Source of the DNA: Candidatus Delongbacteria bacterium
GTDB taxonomy: Bacteria > CAIWAD01
Direction: 5' to 3'
Assembly (NCBI GenBank): GCA_963663545.1
Contig: OY760505.1
Location: forward strand, 2,176,001-2,240,000
DNA length: 64,000 nt
The position numbers and the translations under genes were made by a program. Below the pieces are notes generated by a model that was not told the origin of the DNA, did no database searches, and saw only the letters and a program-made list of their open reading frames with translations. How positions within the stretch are numbered: position 1 is the first letter of the stretch; each line of letters begins with the position of its first letter. Shown here piece by piece: positions 35,115-45,088 of the stretch.

Positions 35115-37516
35115 TGGACCAACTCCTGAATAGATTTCAGTTTGTAAAGCTGGTTCGCAAGGTAGTACTCCTTTTTGGGCCATTTGTCGTTCTAAATGTT
35201 GAATGGGCCGAGGCGGTGGAAGTGGTGCCTTCACTCGGTACCGATGTGGTTCGGTTGGAGGCTCCTTTGCCCTGTCGCGGCGAGTATCACAAGCCTGCGC
35301 AATGGCCAGACGATCGACCTGTAGTCGCTGTTGCCTTTGCCGGTGGGGGAGCGCGTGGCCTGGCGCATGTTGGTGTGATACAGGTCCTCGAGGAGGAGGG
35401 TATTCCCGTTGACCTCGTAACCGGAACGAGCATGGGTGGCCTGGTTGGCGGGCTTTGGTCACTGGGCTATGATGGCCAGCAGATCGATAGTCTTGTATCA
35501 CGCATCAAGTGGGATCAGATTTTCAGCGACGCACCAACACACTACGAACTGACGGGCAACGCACGCTTTCAGGATGTTGGTACAGTGCTTCGCGTCCAGT
35601 TGAAGGACTGGGAGTGGCATGTGCCCAGCGGCTTCATTGCGGGACGTCGCATCGAGGAGCTCCTTTCCGATTTAACCCTCGGCTACCACGGTGAACAGGA
35701 TTTCCTTCAATTGCCCAGATCGTTTGCCTGTGTTGCTACTGATGCCACAAGCGGTCAGCGTGTCTATATGACTCAGGGTGAGTTACTCTTTGCGCTCCGT
35801 GCTACAATGAGCATCCCAAGCATGTTCACTCCTGTGCGCATGGATAGCCTGCTGCTGGTGGATGGTGGTTTAGTGGAAAACAGCCCCGTCGAGCTGGCGC
35901 GACGACTTGGTGCCGATGTCGTCATTCTCGCAGGTCTGGAGCCGCCTCTGCGCAAAGAGGCAGAGATTGACAACATGTTTTCCATCGCTGAGCAGACCTT
36001 GACCATCACCACTCTTGAGGGCGAACATCGTGCTGCGCGCATGGCTGATCTTGCAATCATGTCGTCAACGGGTGATGTTACGACTCTCGATTTTCATCGC
36101 TATCGCGAGGTCATCCATCTGGGTTACCTCGCCGCTGACGGGTATCGGGAACGACTTCGCGAACTGCGGAGAGAGGTTATTGGCGAAAACAAACAGTCGG
36201 CGTTTACGCGGGTTGGCACTCGTGCGCAGTGTATCACGCCAGAGGATCCAGTTCACATTGGATGTCTGAGGCTTCGCTGCGATGTGAAGATGGACTCATA
36301 TCGCCTGCAGCGCATGATGGACCTCTACGTCGGTGAGACAAGGCCGCTTGCCGAGATCAAGGATCATGTGCACAGGCTGGTTTCGACGGGGGCTTTTGAG
36401 AAAGTAACGATGCAACTCGTTCCCGGTGATACAACGAGTCAGGGAGAGTGTGCATCGACGATGATCCTTGATGCGAAGGCAAAGCGTGGTTGGAACATGG
36501 AGGCCTTCGCGCGCTATAACGAGGCCAACCGCACGATGCTTGGGATACGCATCAATTGGTACTCGCCTTTTGGCCCTGGCAGTCTTGATCGCATGACCAT
36601 TTTGCTTGGTGGGCAGACACTGGTTCACGACGAATCCTGGATCGGTAACTTCCGTAACACAGGCCTCTATCTACATCCCAGTGCGTCGTACATGAGTCAT
36701 GAAGTGTTCATTCGCGACTCTGATCGCTCGAAGTTGGCTGGCTATCGTGATAGACGCTATGTGTTGAGTCTTGGAGCCGGATGGGTTGTTCGCAATGGTG
36801 CCAGATTGGAAGCGGGATGGTACTACGATCATTTTCTGGCAGAGCCGGAAGTGGCCTATTACTATTTCACGAGCGCGGAAATAACTGGCCGCGGTCTCTA
36901 CACGTGTTTCGATCTCGATCTTCGTGACACACGGGAGTTTCCCTCCAGGGGATCGCTCATCCATGCTCGCCTGAACTGGGCACCCAGAGTGTTGTACGAA
37001 AATGATTACTGTCAGTACAAGGGAAATGCGGCCGTCTACATTGCCTTGCCGGATCCATGGTTCCATTGTTCCGATCGTAAGTGTCACACGGAAACCGTTG
37101 AGCCGGTTCAGTCCCGTCCACTAACCCCGATCCCGATGGGGCAGCAGGGGGGAGACATTACGATTGAATTGACCACAAACTTTGCCCTACCCATATCGAC
37201 CGAGAGGTCGCACAGACAAATCGAACCCATCGGTGGGCCGACCGTTCCTGGGCTTTTTCGTGAAGAATATTGGCTGACCAAGTATGTCACAGGGAGCATT
37301 GGTCCTCGCATCTGGCTGAATTCGTTTATTAGTGTGAAGCCGGTGTTTGCATTCAGTCACTTGGCGCAATCAGAGATTCAACCCCTTCCGGAAGGTTCCT
37401 TTTCTTCCTGGGGGCTTGAGGTTGCAGGAAGAAGCTTGCTGGGGCCGATCAGTTTCCTACTGAGTCAACGCAGGAGCGAAAGCCTTCTGCTCACAGTGGA
37501 AATCGGTTATCAGTGA
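35099..37516 (+). CDS. Patatin-like phospholipase with POTRA-like and Omp85-like beta-barrel region (PlpD-like)
   Basis: GGGARGLAHVG, GTSMG, DGG catalytic motifs; DTREFPSRG; C-terminal LLGPISF...IGYQ. Start codon uncertain. Confidence 0.82.
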   Translation: MNGKTMDQLLNRFQFVKLVRKVVLLFGPFVVLNVEWAEAVEVVPSLGTDVVRLEAPLPCRGEYHKPAQWPDDRPVVAVAFAGGGARGLAHVGVIQVLEEEGIPVDLVTGTSMGGLVGGLWSLGYDGQQIDSLVSRIKWDQIFSDAPTHYELTGNARFQDVGTVLRVQLKDWEWHVPSGFIAGRRIEELLSDLTLGYHGEQDFLQLPRSFACVATDATSGQRVYMTQGELLFALRATMSIPSMFTPVRMDSLLLVDGGLVENSPVELARRLGADVVILAGLEPPLRKEAEIDNMFSIAEQTLTITTLEGEHRAARMADLAIMSSTGDVTTLDFHRYREVIHLGYLAADGYRERLRELRREVIGENKQSAFTRVGTRAQCITPEDPVHIGCLRLRCDVKMDSYRLQRMMDLYVGETRPLAEIKDHVHRLVSTGAFEKVTMQLVPGDTTSQGECASTMILDAKAKRGWNMEAFARYNEANRTMLGIRINWYSPFGPGSLDRMTILLGGQTLVHDESWIGNFRNTGLYLHPSASYMSHEVFIRDSDRSKLAGYRDRRYVLSLGAGWVVRNGARLEAGWYYDHFLAEPEVAYYYFTSAEITGRGLYTCFDLDLRDTREFPSRGSLIHARLNWAPRVLYENDYCQYKGNAAVYIALPDPWFHCSDRKCHTETVEPVQSRPLTPIPMGQQGGDITIELTTNFALPISTERSHRQIEPIGGPTVPGLFREEYWLTKYVTGSIGPRIWLNSFISVKPVFAFSHLAQSEIQPLPEGSFSSWGLEVAGRSLLGPISFLLSQRRSESLLLTVEIGYQ

Positions 37517-37539
37517 TACAAGAGCAGGAAGGATTTTTC

Positions 37540-39495
37540 GTGATACGCTTGCATGTGTTTCTGCTGTGTTCCCTGTTGCTGATCTCCTGTGATATCGTTC
37601 CCAAGGCACGCTTTGATACCGGCGCAGTTCTACCCATGTCTTCTGGAATTGTCGGGAGTGAATACTGGGCCGGTGTTGGTTATCAGGTTGAAACACCAGT
37701 TTCCGGCGCTCTGCCCGAAGTAAGTGCCGACATGGGAGGTGCTGGCTTTGAGGACTATGCTGTTGCGCATGGGTGGCAGACGCGTACAGATTCACCGCGT
37801 GACACAGATCCTGATGCGTTAGTTGGTGGACGTATTCGGTATCACATCACTGAGTATCCTGCCACGCTGCGGACCGAGGGAAAAGATTCGCAGACAGCGT
37901 TTCAGCGCATGATTCTCTGGGCGTGTTACGAGCCGCTACTGCGTATCAATGAGGTCGATCTCGGTTACGATCCAGCATTGGCGACCCATTGGAAGATTGT
38001 TCAGCGCGAAGAAGGCGGTCAGGAGCTCTGGTTTCGGCTTAACCCGGAGGCGCGTTGGCAAACCGGGCAGCGTATCACGGCAGAGGATGTCGTTGCGTCC
38101 TGGCGGCTGAAAGTTGATGAGGGTCTGCTGGCGCTGGGCGATGCAATTCAGTTCCGCGAGTTTAGCGAACCCGAAATCATCAGTCCCTACATCATTCGTA
38201 CCACAACGGAGAAGCAGAGTTGGAAGCAGTTCATGCTGTTTGCCACTCAGCTCTTTCTCTATCCCGCGCACATCATTGGCGACATGAGCGGCAAGGAATA
38301 CATGGACCATTTTCAGAATGATCCCGTTCCTGGAAGCGGTCGCTACTTGATTCGCACAGCTGATGTGAGACAGGGAAACAGTATCACGATGACTCGCGTG
38401 AGTGATTATTGGGACGATGCCAATCCGCAACGCAAGGGCGAGTACAACTTTGAGAAAATCAAGTTCGTCGTTGTAGGAGAAGAAAACCTGGCGCGCGAGA
38501 AGACGAAAAAAGGCGAACTGGATTTCTACTACGTGACACAAGCCAAATACTGGGTTCGTGAGCTGACTCCAGAACGTGTGACACAGATCGACATGGGCTG
38601 GCTGCGCAAGAAGCGTATCTTCAACGATCAGGCTACCGGCCTTCAGGGCTTTGTCTTCAATATGCGTGAGGCGCCTTTTGATGACATTCGCGTGAGACAG
38701 GCCTTCTGTCTGCTCGTGGATCGACAGACGCTCATTGAGAAACTCTTTCTGAACCAGTACTACCACCAAGACAGCTTTTATGCTGGCAGCCGCTATGAAT
38801 CACCGGACAATCCGAAGGTGCGTTACAATCCCGATGCGGCGGTCAAGCTACTTGAGGAAGCGGGCTGGGATCGACTGGATGAAGATGGCACTCGCATCAA
38901 CGCGGCTGGCGATCGCCTGGAATTGGATCTGATGATTGGCGAGGGAATATCCACCGAGCGCATTCACACCGTGATACGTGAAGGACTGCTGCGCGGTGGA
39001 ATCCGGCTCAACCTGACCACAACAACCTTTGCCACACGCATCAAGATGCTCGAGGATCGCAACTTCAAATTGTATTACGGCGCGTGGACAGGGTCGAACT
39101 TTCCGGACCCGGAATACACGTGGCATTCAAAGTATGCCTTTGGTCCCGACACGGGAAATGATTCGGGCTTCCATGATGCCGTTGTCGATTCGCTGATCGA
39201 CCTCTACGAAATTACCTACGATTTAGAACATCGCACTCAGCTTTTGCGAGCCATCGATAGCAGGCTCACACAATCCTATCCCTGTGCACTGGCCTGGTAT
39301 GGTCCCTATAGCCGCTTCCTCTATTGGGACAAGTTTGGCATGCCAGAGTGGGTTCTGCCGCGCACGGGTGATCGCAGAGACATTATTCGTACCTGGTGGT
39401 ACGATCCCGCCAAGCATCAGCGTTTGCGTGCTGCAATCAAGCAACAGCAGGCGCTTGATCCCGGTGAAGTGGATGTGAAGTTCTGGCAGGATTAA
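37540..39495 (+). CDS. Peptide ABC transporter substrate-binding lipoprotein (family 5, YejA/OppA-like), copy 1
   Basis: GTG after AGGAAGGA; lipobox LISC; LA..W..F.LNPEARW..G..ITAEDV; FNMR..PF.D.RVR.A. Confidence 0.88.
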   Translation: MIRLHVFLLCSLLLISCDIVPKARFDTGAVLPMSSGIVGSEYWAGVGYQVETPVSGALPEVSADMGGAGFEDYAVAHGWQTRTDSPRDTDPDALVGGRIRYHITEYPATLRTEGKDSQTAFQRMILWACYEPLLRINEVDLGYDPALATHWKIVQREEGGQELWFRLNPEARWQTGQRITAEDVVASWRLKVDEGLLALGDAIQFREFSEPEIISPYIIRTTTEKQSWKQFMLFATQLFLYPAHIIGDMSGKEYMDHFQNDPVPGSGRYLIRTADVRQGNSITMTRVSDYWDDANPQRKGEYNFEKIKFVVVGEENLAREKTKKGELDFYYVTQAKYWVRELTPERVTQIDMGWLRKKRIFNDQATGLQGFVFNMREAPFDDIRVRQAFCLLVDRQTLIEKLFLNQYYHQDSFYAGSRYESPDNPKVRYNPDAAVKLLEEAGWDRLDEDGTRINAAGDRLELDLMIGEGISTERIHTVIREGLLRGGIRLNLTTTTFATRIKMLEDRNFKLYYGAWTGSNFPDPEYTWHSKYAFGPDTGNDSGFHDAVVDSLIDLYEITYDLEHRTQLLRAIDSRLTQSYPCALAWYGPYSRFLYWDKFGMPEWVLPRTGDRRDIIRTWWYDPAKHQRLRAAIKQQQALDPGEVDVKFWQD

Positions 39496-39709
39496 TCCGG
39501 ACACTGCTGGCCAACAAGGGAATTCCCGAACCTCCATCTGTAAGACGATGCTGACATAATCGGGCTGTGATGACAGTTCTTGCATAACAAAAGACGGAGT
39601 TTTTTGAGAGCAGACAAGAAAGATCTTGCACTCCCACGGATACAGCTTTAGATTCGATTCCGATACCTCACCTCTACTAGACGGCCACGTCATTTCGATG
39701 GGAAGAATT

Positions 39710-40768
39710 ATGCGACAGACACTTTGCCTGCTGCTGGCGGCTTTGCTGCCCGTGGTTTCTGCTTCAGCAGAGACAATTCGTGTTTCCACTACTTGGTTGC
39801 AGAACAACACGTTGGAGGTGGGGAGCGGTGATTTTGCTGAAGTGTATTGCGAGCCCGACGGCCCTCCCGTCGAGCTGGCAAACATCACATGGACCGGCGG
39901 ACGACTGGAGTTTGAGGACTGTCGCATCGATGACAGCGGAAGCTCCAGGCAGAGTCTTCCTCTTGTGATACAAACGGGCCAGGAATGCGAGCTTGTGCGT
40001 ACAACCATCGATGGCTCGTCGACGGCGATATCCCTCCAGGGCGGGACTCTCTACACGGACGAAGTAACCTTCACTACTCCGCTGGCCATTGAGGCCTTGG
40101 ATCCCGCTTCAGTAGTCAATATCTCCAATACCAACTTCAGCATGTGTAACACGGCTGTTGTTGTAGCACAGGCCAACGAACTGCACTTCGATTCTTGTGC
40201 ATTCATCTGCAACGATCTGGCCCTTGATCTCCAGTGCTTCGGAAGTGCTTCCTTCACCGATTGTACTGTACAGGCGAACCTGAGTGGAGTTCGTATCACG
40301 GGCGACGCCTCGCAGGTCAGCTTCTTCGGCGAGAACATCTTCGCAGAAAACCGCGATTTCCACGTCGATAATCTGAGCTCCTACGCCCTCGACTTAGGTG
40401 GATCCTTGCTCTACGGGCGCGGCAAGTTTGGTGGCGTGGTGGATACAGGTGATACGCAGGCCGCAAATCCTGATGGGCTGATCAAGGCAGCTGATCCTGG
40501 TACTGGTGCTGAAGTTATTACCGACGGCGAAGCTATCGATGTGATTGCTTTGACTTGGAGCCCTTCCGCGATAACCAAGAATGGCATTCCCTGCCGCATC
40601 AATAGTTATCGTGTATACCGCTTAGACTCTTGGGGAAATCCTAGGGTTCCGTATGGTCGGACTTTTATAGCTGAGACTACTGAATGTGAGATAGAATTGG
40701 ATACTATCCCCGCCAATAGTGGTGTCTATTGTGTGGTTGCCGTTATGGGGGAATGGTCGGATGAATGA
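39710..40768 (+). CDS. Secreted parallel beta-helix-like protein with C-terminal Fn3-like domain
   Basis: Signal peptide MRQTLCLLLAALL..ASA; periodic N/D-x-x-F...N..A/G-I/V/L repeats; C-terminal LTWSP...NG.P...Y.VY...YCVVAV. Confidence 0.65.
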   Translation: MRQTLCLLLAALLPVVSASAETIRVSTTWLQNNTLEVGSGDFAEVYCEPDGPPVELANITWTGGRLEFEDCRIDDSGSSRQSLPLVIQTGQECELVRTTIDGSSTAISLQGGTLYTDEVTFTTPLAIEALDPASVVNISNTNFSMCNTAVVVAQANELHFDSCAFICNDLALDLQCFGSASFTDCTVQANLSGVRITGDASQVSFFGENIFAENRDFHVDNLSSYALDLGGSLLYGRGKFGGVVDTGDTQAANPDGLIKAADPGTGAEVITDGEAIDVIALTWSPSAITKNGIPCRINSYRVYRLDSWGNPRVPYGRTFIAETTECEIELDTIPANSGVYCVVAVMGEWSDE

Positions 40769-42704
40769 ATACGTATCAAGACACCCTAGTTTGGAGTTGT
40801 TCCAGAGGGGCGAGTATCACAGGTTTATTGAACAAGTAGAAAACGATGTCTGCGCTTGCCAAGTAGGATCGAACGACTGGAGTGTCCTTCATTACTACAA
40901 AGCTTGTGCGCTTTTGTTCACTGGATCCCAGATTGATTCTCTTGCGGATTTTCGAAGAATAGTCGAATGTCGTGAATTAGAGCCCCGCTATCGGGTCAGT
41001 GCCATCTACAACATGGGGCTTATTGGTGGCCAGATTCGTGACTATGAGTTTTCGCGCGAGTGTCTCGACCAGTACTTGTTGGAAGAGCAGCATAATCCGA
41101 AGATTGCCCAGTTGTGGCTTATGTCGCTAACCACAATTGCGCAACCCTTGAAACAACGAGACTGGTCAAGTTTTGCACGACTTGCTGTTGCCTGTGGGGT
41201 TGAAAGGTCGATGCAGATACGGGCACAAAACTGGTTTGGCATTGCCGCTCTGCATACAGGGCAGTATGAGGCTTGCGAGCAGTTACTACAAATTCTTGGT
41301 GGTTTGAGTGGTATCGTTTCTCTCAATTGCCTTCTGTCTTTGTTCGAGGCTGCTCTAAAAGCAAAAAAGTTGGACTTCGCATCGGATATCGTGATACAAG
41401 CTCGTAGGGAAGTATCAAGTGCACGTCTGTTGTTTGTTCACAAGCACATGGCGTTGCGGCTAGGCGAGGCCAGGGGTGAGGCTTCGCATCACCTGCTGAG
41501 TCAAGCACGCGAAGTCCTGCGATCAATCGAGTATACTCAGGATTGTTCGTGTAATGCCGCAGCTGCCTACTGCGCTGAACTAATCCGAAAGTTTGGCACC
41601 GAAGGCGAACTGATGATTCCTGCCAAGTACGGTATTGTGGGCGTCTCCAAAGAGATCATGCATTTTCGCATGACGCTGGAGCGCTACGCTAAAAGCAGCG
41701 AGCCGGTACTGATTCAAGGCGAGAGCGGAACAGGCAAAGAGCTGGCGGCGCGCGCGCTGCACGATGCATCGCCACGAGCCAGCGAGCGCTTTATTGTGGT
41801 GAACTGCCCGGCGATTCCCAACGGCCTTTTCGAGTCCACGCTCTTCGGCCATGTGCGTGGAGCCTTCACCAGCGCAGACAAGGATCATGTCGGCCTGGTG
41901 GCACAAGCGGGAGCGGGGACTCTGTTTCTGGACGAGGTCGGTGACCTTCCACGAGAGATGCAGGCCAAGCTCCTGCGCTTTCTCGAGTCCGGCGAGTATC
42001 ACCGCGTTGGTGAGCAGTCGGTTCAGCATTCGCAAGCCAGGGTAGTGGCTGCAACCAACCAGGAGCTGCGCCACGAGAGTCGCTTTCGCAGCGAGCTTTA
42101 TCATCGACTAAGAAGTTTGGTTCTCGTCGTGCCACGCTTGGCAGAAAGGCGCGAGGATATTATCTATCTGGCCAGGTATAGAATCCGCGAATTGAATCGA
42201 AGATACAGTCAGTACAAGTCGCTTTCCGGAGAGGTTGAGACAATACTGACGCAGGCAGAATACAGGGGAAATGTCCGAGAATTGTTCCACGTCGTGGACG
42301 CCGGATGGCACAACGCAATTCTCGCGATTGAAAAACAACACTTGCCTGTTCAGTATTCCTCGTTAAATTACGCGGGTAGTCACCATCAAAACGCCGTCAG
42401 GCAGGAGATGCCGATGGACTCTCGTGAATTGATTAGGGAAGAAGGTGCACCGAGTGAAGAGGGACCGCGTTCGATTGCGGTAAACTTCGCCGAGGCTACC
42501 GGTTGGAATCTGGACTTCGACGGCGGTACCGTCCCCCTGCGCGCATTGCAGGATCAGGCCGCCTGCTGGGCCGTACGTGCAGCGATGGATCACTTTGACG
42601 GGGATGTCAGCGAGACAGCCCGTTTCCTTGGTGTATCACGGCGCTCCGTGTATCGCTATCTTCAGAAGGACAGAGAAGCTCCGGATTTTGAGGCCGAGCT
42701 TTAG
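40761..42704 (+). CDS. Sigma-54-dependent enhancer-binding protein with TPR-like N-terminus and Fis-type HTH
   Basis: GESGTGKELAAR, ESTLFGHVRGAFTSA, LFLDEVG, QAKLLR, FRSELYHRL, GNVREL, ETARFLGVSRRSVYRYL. Start overlaps the upstream stop. Confidence 0.88.
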   Translation: MNEYVSRHPSLELFQRGEYHRFIEQVENDVCACQVGSNDWSVLHYYKACALLFTGSQIDSLADFRRIVECRELEPRYRVSAIYNMGLIGGQIRDYEFSRECLDQYLLEEQHNPKIAQLWLMSLTTIAQPLKQRDWSSFARLAVACGVERSMQIRAQNWFGIAALHTGQYEACEQLLQILGGLSGIVSLNCLLSLFEAALKAKKLDFASDIVIQARREVSSARLLFVHKHMALRLGEARGEASHHLLSQAREVLRSIEYTQDCSCNAAAAYCAELIRKFGTEGELMIPAKYGIVGVSKEIMHFRMTLERYAKSSEPVLIQGESGTGKELAARALHDASPRASERFIVVNCPAIPNGLFESTLFGHVRGAFTSADKDHVGLVAQAGAGTLFLDEVGDLPREMQAKLLRFLESGEYHRVGEQSVQHSQARVVAATNQELRHESRFRSELYHRLRSLVLVVPRLAERREDIIYLARYRIRELNRRYSQYKSLSGEVETILTQAEYRGNVRELFHVVDAGWHNAILAIEKQHLPVQYSSLNYAGSHHQNAVRQEMPMDSRELIREEGAPSEEGPRSIAVNFAEATGWNLDFDGGTVPLRALQDQAACWAVRAAMDHFDGDVSETARFLGVSRRSVYRYLQKDREAPDFEAEL

Positions 42705-42734
42705 GTCGCACCTTCCAGCATATTGTATCACAAG

Positions 42735-42772
42735 ACCCGTCCTGCACCGACGCTGTGGGGCGGGCTTTTTTC
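42735..42772 (+). terminator. Probable intrinsic terminator
   Basis: CCCGTCCTGCA...TGTGGGGCGGG followed by CTTTTTT. Confidence 0.6.
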
Positions 42773-43036
42773 CCGTTCGATCTGCAGCTTTCGAAACCGG
42801 ATTGTGAAATTCCTGTCGTGAGGTCTCTTTTTCGTTGGGGCACCGCACTCCTGTGACATGTCCAATGGGGTAGACAGTGTTAGCTGATGCTGCAGATGTA
42901 ACACCTATCTTGTTTGGAACTCATTGCTTCATTGGATAAGTTGTCCCTTTAACACCTGGAATCGATGGCCGGTTCGTGTGCCGAAAGCGAGCCAAAATCG
43001 GCCCATGCACGGGCCAGCCTTCAATTGGAGCCTGAG

Positions 43037-45052
43037 ATGACAACCAAAGCCCACGCTTTGCAGCCTGCTGCTATGCTGCGCCAGACGCTGCTAACCCTCT
43101 CCGCCGTTTGTATCACGGTCACCCTTGCTGGTTGCAGTAGCGGTACTTCCCGCTACGACACTGGACCGATCATGGAGAGGAATGAAGGAATCAACGCCAA
43201 GGACTATTGGCGTACTACGGAGTTTGAGGTCGTTGACCTGCCTGACGGCGCAATGCCTGAGGTGCCAGCGGAGTTGGGTGGTGACGGATTTGAAGCCGTT
43301 GCCGAGGAGCTGGGCTTCACAACGAATACTAACCTTCGGTCCATGGCCGACCCGCGCGGAGTGCCCGGCGGCATGCTGCGAGTTCCCATTGCCGATTTCC
43401 CCGCCACCATGCGCAGTGAAGGCAAAGACAGCAACACCACTTTCATGGCTCTTGTCAGCGGCATGATGTACGAGTCGCTGACTTCTACCGACGCCTACAC
43501 CGACGCTTTCGCGCCTTCACTAGCTTCCCACTGGAAAATCGAAGTGGACGAAGCGGCAGGAACGCAGACCTTCACCTTCCGCATCAATCCGGAGGCGCGT
43601 TGGCAGACGGGTCATCGTATCACGGCAGAGGATGTGCTGGCGTCCTGGACGCTGCAGACGGACGACGGCCTGCATAGCCCCTATTCGGCCATGCTCTTCC
43701 GCAAGTTCAGCGAGCCGGAAATTCTCAGCCCTTATATGATTCGCACATCCAGTCCTGAATTGAACTGGCGCCACTTCATGTACTTCGGTGGCATGACCAT
43801 CTACCCGGCACACATCATTGGCGACATGACGGGCAAGCAGTACATGGAGACCTTCCAGAACAAGACCATGCCCGGTTCCGGCAGCTACCTGCTGCGCGAA
43901 GAGGACATCCGTCAGGGCAACAGCTTGACCATGACTCGCATCAACAACTATTGGGACCGCAACAATCCGATTGGCCAGGGTGGAGCTAATTTCTACAAGG
44001 TCAAGTTTGTCGTGGTGGCCGATCCGACCTTGCAGCGTGAGCGCTTCAAGAAGGGCGAGCTGGATGTTTACATCGTTGGCCAGGCCAAGTACTGGGTCAA
44101 GGAATTCCTGCCGGAAGAGATCGAACAGCTCGGCAAGGGCTGGATCCAGCGTAAGAAGATCTTCACCAACAACCCGCAAGGTATTACGGGCTTCGTCTTC
44201 AACATGCGCGAGGCACCCTTCAGTGACATCCGTGTGCGCCGGGCCTTCTGCTACCTGTTCAACCGCGAGAAGCTCATCGACAAGCTCTTCTACAACGAGT
44301 ACCTGCCGATGAATTCCTACTACCCGAGCAGTGTCTACGAGAACCCTGAAGACGAGATCATTACCTACCAGCCCGAGCGCGCCCTTGAGCTGCTTGCCCA
44401 GGCCGGTTACGATCGCAAGGACGATGAAGGCTATCTGATCAACCACGACGGCGAGCGCATTACCCTGGAACTCATGATTGACGAAAGTCCCACCTGGGAA
44501 CGCATCATGACCGTGATCCAGGAGGATTACCGTCAAGCAGGCATCGACATGAAGCTCAAGCACACCAACGGATCTATCCAGTTCCAGATGGTGATGGAGC
44601 GCAAGTTCAAGATGCACTTCCAGAGTTGGGGTGGCCTGTACTTCCCGAACCCGGAGAGCTCCTTCAGTTCGGCAATGGCTGATCAGGAAAACAGCAACAA
44701 TCTGGCTGGCTTCAAGAGCGCGGCCTTGGATTCCATTTGCCAGGTCTACGACGTTACCTTCGATCCGGCTGAGCGCGTCAAGCAGATTCAGGCGATCGAC
44801 AAGATCCTGACGGAAAGCTATCAGTACGCGCTGGCCTGGTATGGACCCTTCACTCGTTTGGGCTACTGGAACAAGTTCGGCATGCCCGAGTGGGGCTTGA
44901 GCCGTACGGGCGACTGGCGTTCGATCATTGGTCTGTGGTGGTATGATGCCGACAAGCATCGCGCTCTTGTGGATGCGATCAAGAAAGACGGCAGTCTGCC
45001 CATCGAACCCGTGGAAATCGACTACTGGCGCAATTATCAGGTCCAGCACTAA
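43037..45052 (+). CDS. oppA: Peptide ABC transporter substrate-binding lipoprotein (family 5, YejA/OppA-like), copy 2
   Basis: Lipobox LAGC; colinear paralog of 37540..39495; first gene of the ABC operon. Confidence 0.88.
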   Translation: MTTKAHALQPAAMLRQTLLTLSAVCITVTLAGCSSGTSRYDTGPIMERNEGINAKDYWRTTEFEVVDLPDGAMPEVPAELGGDGFEAVAEELGFTTNTNLRSMADPRGVPGGMLRVPIADFPATMRSEGKDSNTTFMALVSGMMYESLTSTDAYTDAFAPSLASHWKIEVDEAAGTQTFTFRINPEARWQTGHRITAEDVLASWTLQTDDGLHSPYSAMLFRKFSEPEILSPYMIRTSSPELNWRHFMYFGGMTIYPAHIIGDMTGKQYMETFQNKTMPGSGSYLLREEDIRQGNSLTMTRINNYWDRNNPIGQGGANFYKVKFVVVADPTLQRERFKKGELDVYIVGQAKYWVKEFLPEEIEQLGKGWIQRKKIFTNNPQGITGFVFNMREAPFSDIRVRRAFCYLFNREKLIDKLFYNEYLPMNSYYPSSVYENPEDEIITYQPERALELLAQAGYDRKDDEGYLINHDGERITLELMIDESPTWERIMTVIQEDYRQAGIDMKLKHTNGSIQFQMVMERKFKMHFQSWGGLYFPNPESSFSSAMADQENSNNLAGFKSAALDSICQVYDVTFDPAERVKQIQAIDKILTESYQYALAWYGPFTRLGYWNKFGMPEWGLSRTGDWRSIIGLWWYDADKHRALVDAIKKDGSLPIEPVEIDYWRNYQVQH

Positions 45053-45088
45053 GGCGCAAGCCCAGGTCTAAGCCGAACGGATTGACTG

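Noticed and set aside
35115..35501. N-terminal 129-aa extension of the endonuclease ORF in the track
   Set aside because: It overlaps the conserved patatin motifs on the other strand. A TTG with an AGGAG RBS and a signal peptide lies at 35114.
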